Assembly (NCBI GenBank): GCA_963745035.1
Contig: CAVUVW010000013.1
Span: 1,216,001 to 1,280,000, forward strand
Length of the DNA: 64,000 nucleotides
Direction: 5' to 3'
From: an uncultured delta proteobacterium
GTDB taxonomy: Bacteria > Desulfobacterota > Binatia > UBA9968
Under the pieces are notes generated by a model that saw nothing but the letters and a program-made list of their open reading frames with translations, was not told the origin of the DNA and made no database searches. This document shows, one piece after another, positions 61,761 through 64,000 of this stretch. The position numbers were made by a program, and so were the translations under genes. Positions within the stretch are counted from its first letter, which is position 1. Each line of letters starts with the position of its first letter.

Positions 61761-61967
61761 ATGAAACGTTTTCTAGGTATTCTGGTTGCTTCTATGTTCC
61801 TGGCTTCTGCGGCCTATGCGGGCGAGGCGATGAAAGATGAGAAGAAGACCGACGCCAAAGCTTCTGAGAAGAAGGCGGAAGGCAAAGCGAAGGGCGACGA
61901 GAAGAAGGCCGAAGGCAAAGCTAAAAGCTCCGACACCAAGACGGACGAGAAGAAGTCAACCAAGTAA
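61761..61967 (+). CDS. Small secreted Lys/Glu/Ala-rich protein
   Basis: GGGGGA RBS; signal peptide ending AAYA; EKKAEGKAK occurs twice. Confidence 0.78.
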   Translation: MKRFLGILVASMFLASAAYAGEAMKDEKKTDAKASEKKAEGKAKGDEKKAEGKAKSSDTKTDEKKSTK

Positions 61968-61979
61968 TTTTTCTTCACA

Positions 61980-62007
61980 GAGCAAGGTGACCCTCCCCAC
62001 CTTGCTC
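61980..62007 (+). terminator. Hairpin, probable terminator
   Basis: GAGCAAGGTG...CACCTTGCTC just after the stop. Confidence 0.5.
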
Positions 62008-62148
62008 GCCCATTTTCAACCTCCGTTTCGCTGCTGTCCTGCATTCGTGTTACCCATTCAGATTTTCCCGGGGCATCTTACTCGCCAATCGCCTGTTATT
62101 GTCATATCTTGAAAGCATGCGGACAGACCGTTGCAACTCGCGCGGCGC

Positions 62149-62175
62149 TGAATTTCTCGCGCCAGTAGGCGTCTA
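62149..62175 (+). promoter_or_regulatory. Candidate ECF-sigma promoter
   Basis: TGAAT-N16-CGTCTA. Confidence 0.5.
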
Positions 62176-62259
62176 TACGTAGACGGCTGATCACGTCGGG
62201 TGGAGGCGATTGGGTCGGCATCCATAAAACCGGCTACCAAAAATAAGGAGGCGATTATC

Positions 62260-62589
62260 ATGAAACGCATGCTCGCATTGTTTGTCATGGCGCTTTTCTT
62301 GAGCACGGCATCCTTGGCGGCGGCAAAAGATTACCAAGTCACCGGCCCCGTCGTTGACGTGAAGGATGATGTCATCATCGTTAAAAAGGGCAATGAGAAC
62401 TGGGAAATTGATCGTGACAAAAACACCAAGACCAGCGGGGATATCAAGAAAGGCGATCGGGTCATGATCAAATACAAGATGACTGCGACCAGCATCGAGG
62501 GCAAAGAGACCAAGGCCAAAGCGGATACAAAAGCCAAGACCGAGATGAAAACGGACACCAAGGCCAAATCCGAGGCCAAGACCAAGTAA
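62260..62589 (+). CDS. Small secreted beta-rich protein with Lys-rich tail
   Basis: AAGGAGG RBS; signal peptide; YQVTGPVVDV...GDRVMIKY core; TKAK repeats in the tail. Confidence 0.82.
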   Translation: MKRMLALFVMALFLSTASLAAAKDYQVTGPVVDVKDDVIIVKKGNENWEIDRDKNTKTSGDIKKGDRVMIKYKMTATSIEGKETKAKADTKAKTEMKTDTKAKSEAKTK

Positions 62590-62620
62590 ATTCTGTCAGA
62601 ATATTCCCTCCACTTTGTGC

Positions 62621-62650
62621 GCAACGGGCCGTCCAAGGGCGGCCCGTTGC
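62621..62650 (+). terminator. Rho-independent terminator candidate
   Basis: GCAACGGGCCG...CGGCCCGTTGC followed by T-rich sequence. Confidence 0.6.
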
Positions 62651-62721
62651 CGTTTCTGGTCTTCCCTTTGATTTTCTCCCGCCATTTGATAGCGTGAGGA
62701 AAATCATCAGCAGGACGCGAC

Positions 62722-63432
62722 ATGGCTTCACACCCGGAAGTAACCATCGTTCATAGTTCGGACCTTCATCTCGGCACCGACGACAGCTTCAGCGACAAAG
62801 ATCGATTGGCGGTTCTCCCAAAAGTTCTGACCGCGGCCGCCGAAATCAACGCCGACGTGGTCCTGCTCGCCGGCGACTCCTTCGACAATCATCGCCAGCC
62901 CATTGAGCTTTTAAAGCGCGCCGGCCAAATGCTGTCCGAATACCGAAAGCCGGTGGTGATCCTGCCCGGCAATCACGATCCGCTCACGCCCGACTCGGTC
63001 TACCGGCGGGCCGGTCTGGGCGCGATCGCCAACGTGCGGATTCTCGGCTTGAACGTCGAGCAGGCGGCGTTATTCGACGAGCTCGAATTGGAGATCTGGG
63101 GCCACGCGCACTTCGACTACGCCGACATGTCGCCGCTCGCCAACCCGCGCCCGCGCACAACCCGCTGGCAGCTCGCGGCTGCCCACGGTCACTTCGTCGA
63201 TCAAGAGCGCGACCCGAACCGGCTGATCGGCTCCTGGCTCATTCATCCGGAAGAGCTCGCCGCAACCGGAGCCGACTACGTCGCCCTCGGGCACTGGAAT
63301 CAGGCGACTCCGGTCGGCGACGGGAAAATTTCCGCTCACTATTCCGGATCGCCGGAATATACCGGAACCGTCAACGTGGTGCGCCTGCGCCAGGACGGCA
63401 CCGTCGAAGTGAGCAAGGGCGCGTTGCGCTAA
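62722..63432 (+). CDS. Metallophosphoesterase (SbcD/Mre11-like catalytic domain only)
   Basis: HSSDLHLG, AGDSFD, PGNHD, AHG, DYVALGHW and YSGSPE motifs. Confidence 0.85.
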   Translation: MASHPEVTIVHSSDLHLGTDDSFSDKDRLAVLPKVLTAAAEINADVVLLAGDSFDNHRQPIELLKRAGQMLSEYRKPVVILPGNHDPLTPDSVYRRAGLGAIANVRILGLNVEQAALFDELELEIWGHAHFDYADMSPLANPRPRTTRWQLAAAHGHFVDQERDPNRLIGSWLIHPEELAATGADYVALGHWNQATPVGDGKISAHYSGSPEYTGTVNVVRLRQDGTVEVSKGALR

Positions 63433-63587
63433 CGGTCCTGCCGAGTTTGTTAGAAGCAGATCCCTAAGACCCTTCGGTCGGTAATTCCAACAAAGACGCT
63501 GCGAGCTAGTCTTCCAAAGACCAAGGACAAATCCGGTTAGTGAAGTTTACCTATCGGCTCATGAGAGAATGCGCCAAGGAGCGCGGC

Positions 63588-64000
63588 ATGCGTATCCAAC
63601 GGATTCTTTGCTCCCTGCTTGTTCTAACCACGATTGCTTCACTAGCCACGGAACTTTCAGCTCAAAGCACAGTTGATGAACGCGCGGGAGCGGATTTTTA
63701 CCGTGGTAAAACCGTGCGCATCGTCGTGGGTTTTCCGCCGGGCGGCGGCGCCGACGTCTATTCACGTTTGATCGCGCGCCATGTCGGGAGCTTTATTCCG
63801 GGCAATCCCACCGTTGCCGTCAGTAATATGCCCGGAGCCGGAAGCATCATCGCCGGCAACCACATTTTCAACAGCGGCGCCAAGGACGGCACCGAGATTG
63901 GCATGCTCAACGGCGCTGTGATTCTCGAGCAGCTTTTCGGAAGTCCGGGACTGCACTTCGATATGGCGAAGTTCCGCTATCTTGCCGTCCCGGTAAACGA
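63588..64000 (+). CDS. Bug/TctC-like substrate-binding protein, runs off the window end
   Basis: Own translation: MRIQRILCSLLVL...FYRGKTVRIVVGFPPGGGADVYSRLIARH...IPGNP...NMPGAG; AAGGAG RBS. Confidence 0.85.
   Translation, partial: MRIQRILCSLLVLTTIASLATELSAQSTVDERAGADFYRGKTVRIVVGFPPGGGADVYSRLIARHVGSFIPGNPTVAVSNMPGAGSIIAGNHIFNSGAKDGTEIGMLNGAVILEQLFGSPGLHFDMAKFRYLAVPVN

Noticed and set aside
60071-63432. HerA-like ATPase near an Mre11/SbcD-like nuclease as a repair or defence system
   Set aside because: The genes are on opposite strands and separated by two unrelated genes. No NurA, Rad50/SbcC or Sir2 partner is present, and DUF853 is usually stand-alone.
1-64000. tRNA, rRNA, known riboswitch, integrase or transposase genes
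   Set aside because: None was recognisable by eye. A covariance-model scan would be needed to exclude small RNAs.

Overview
GC-rich, gene-dense bacterial chromosome segment with about 58 protein-coding loci. I saw no rRNA, tRNA, CRISPR array, transposase or phage genes. The many stand-alone NitT/TauT-like and Bug/TctC-like solute-binding proteins and the intergenic palindrome families resemble Candidatus Binatia-like soil/aquifer bacteria (inference only). Main blocks: (1) 1-13961, a minus-strand catabolic cluster SBP-MFS-[nitroreductase-hyuB]-M24-M24-hyuA-MmgE/PrpD-[nitroreductase-hyuB], with a duplicated nitroreductase/hydantoinase-B module and two M24-fold proteins whose metal ligands are altered. 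(2) 14068-33528, mixed metabolic genes, including a Dpp-type ABC system without ATPase, a class IV aminotransferase, an ArgH-like lyase with a signal peptide, an M24 peptidase and a ThDP enzyme. (3) 33625-44387, a sulfate-assimilation and siroheme cluster (rrf2, sulfite/nitrite reductase, hypothetical, CmcJ/NvfI-like oxygenase, cysH, sirC-like, cobA, hemD, cysD, cysNC) with a shared candidate Rrf2 operator. (4) 44593-55583, a plus-strand run of five orphan SBPs plus hydrolases, including a Tat-lipoprotein amidohydrolase. (5) 55685-64000, HAD hydrolase, a deleted GNAT remnant, argJ, an amidohydrolase, a DUF853 ATPase, two small secreted Lys-rich proteins behind a shared ECF-like promoter motif, a metallophosphoesterase and a partial Bug SBP. 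About a dozen genes are split by single-base indels that look like long-read sequencing errors rather than true pseudogenes. All product calls come from motif recognition by eye; no database searches were run.
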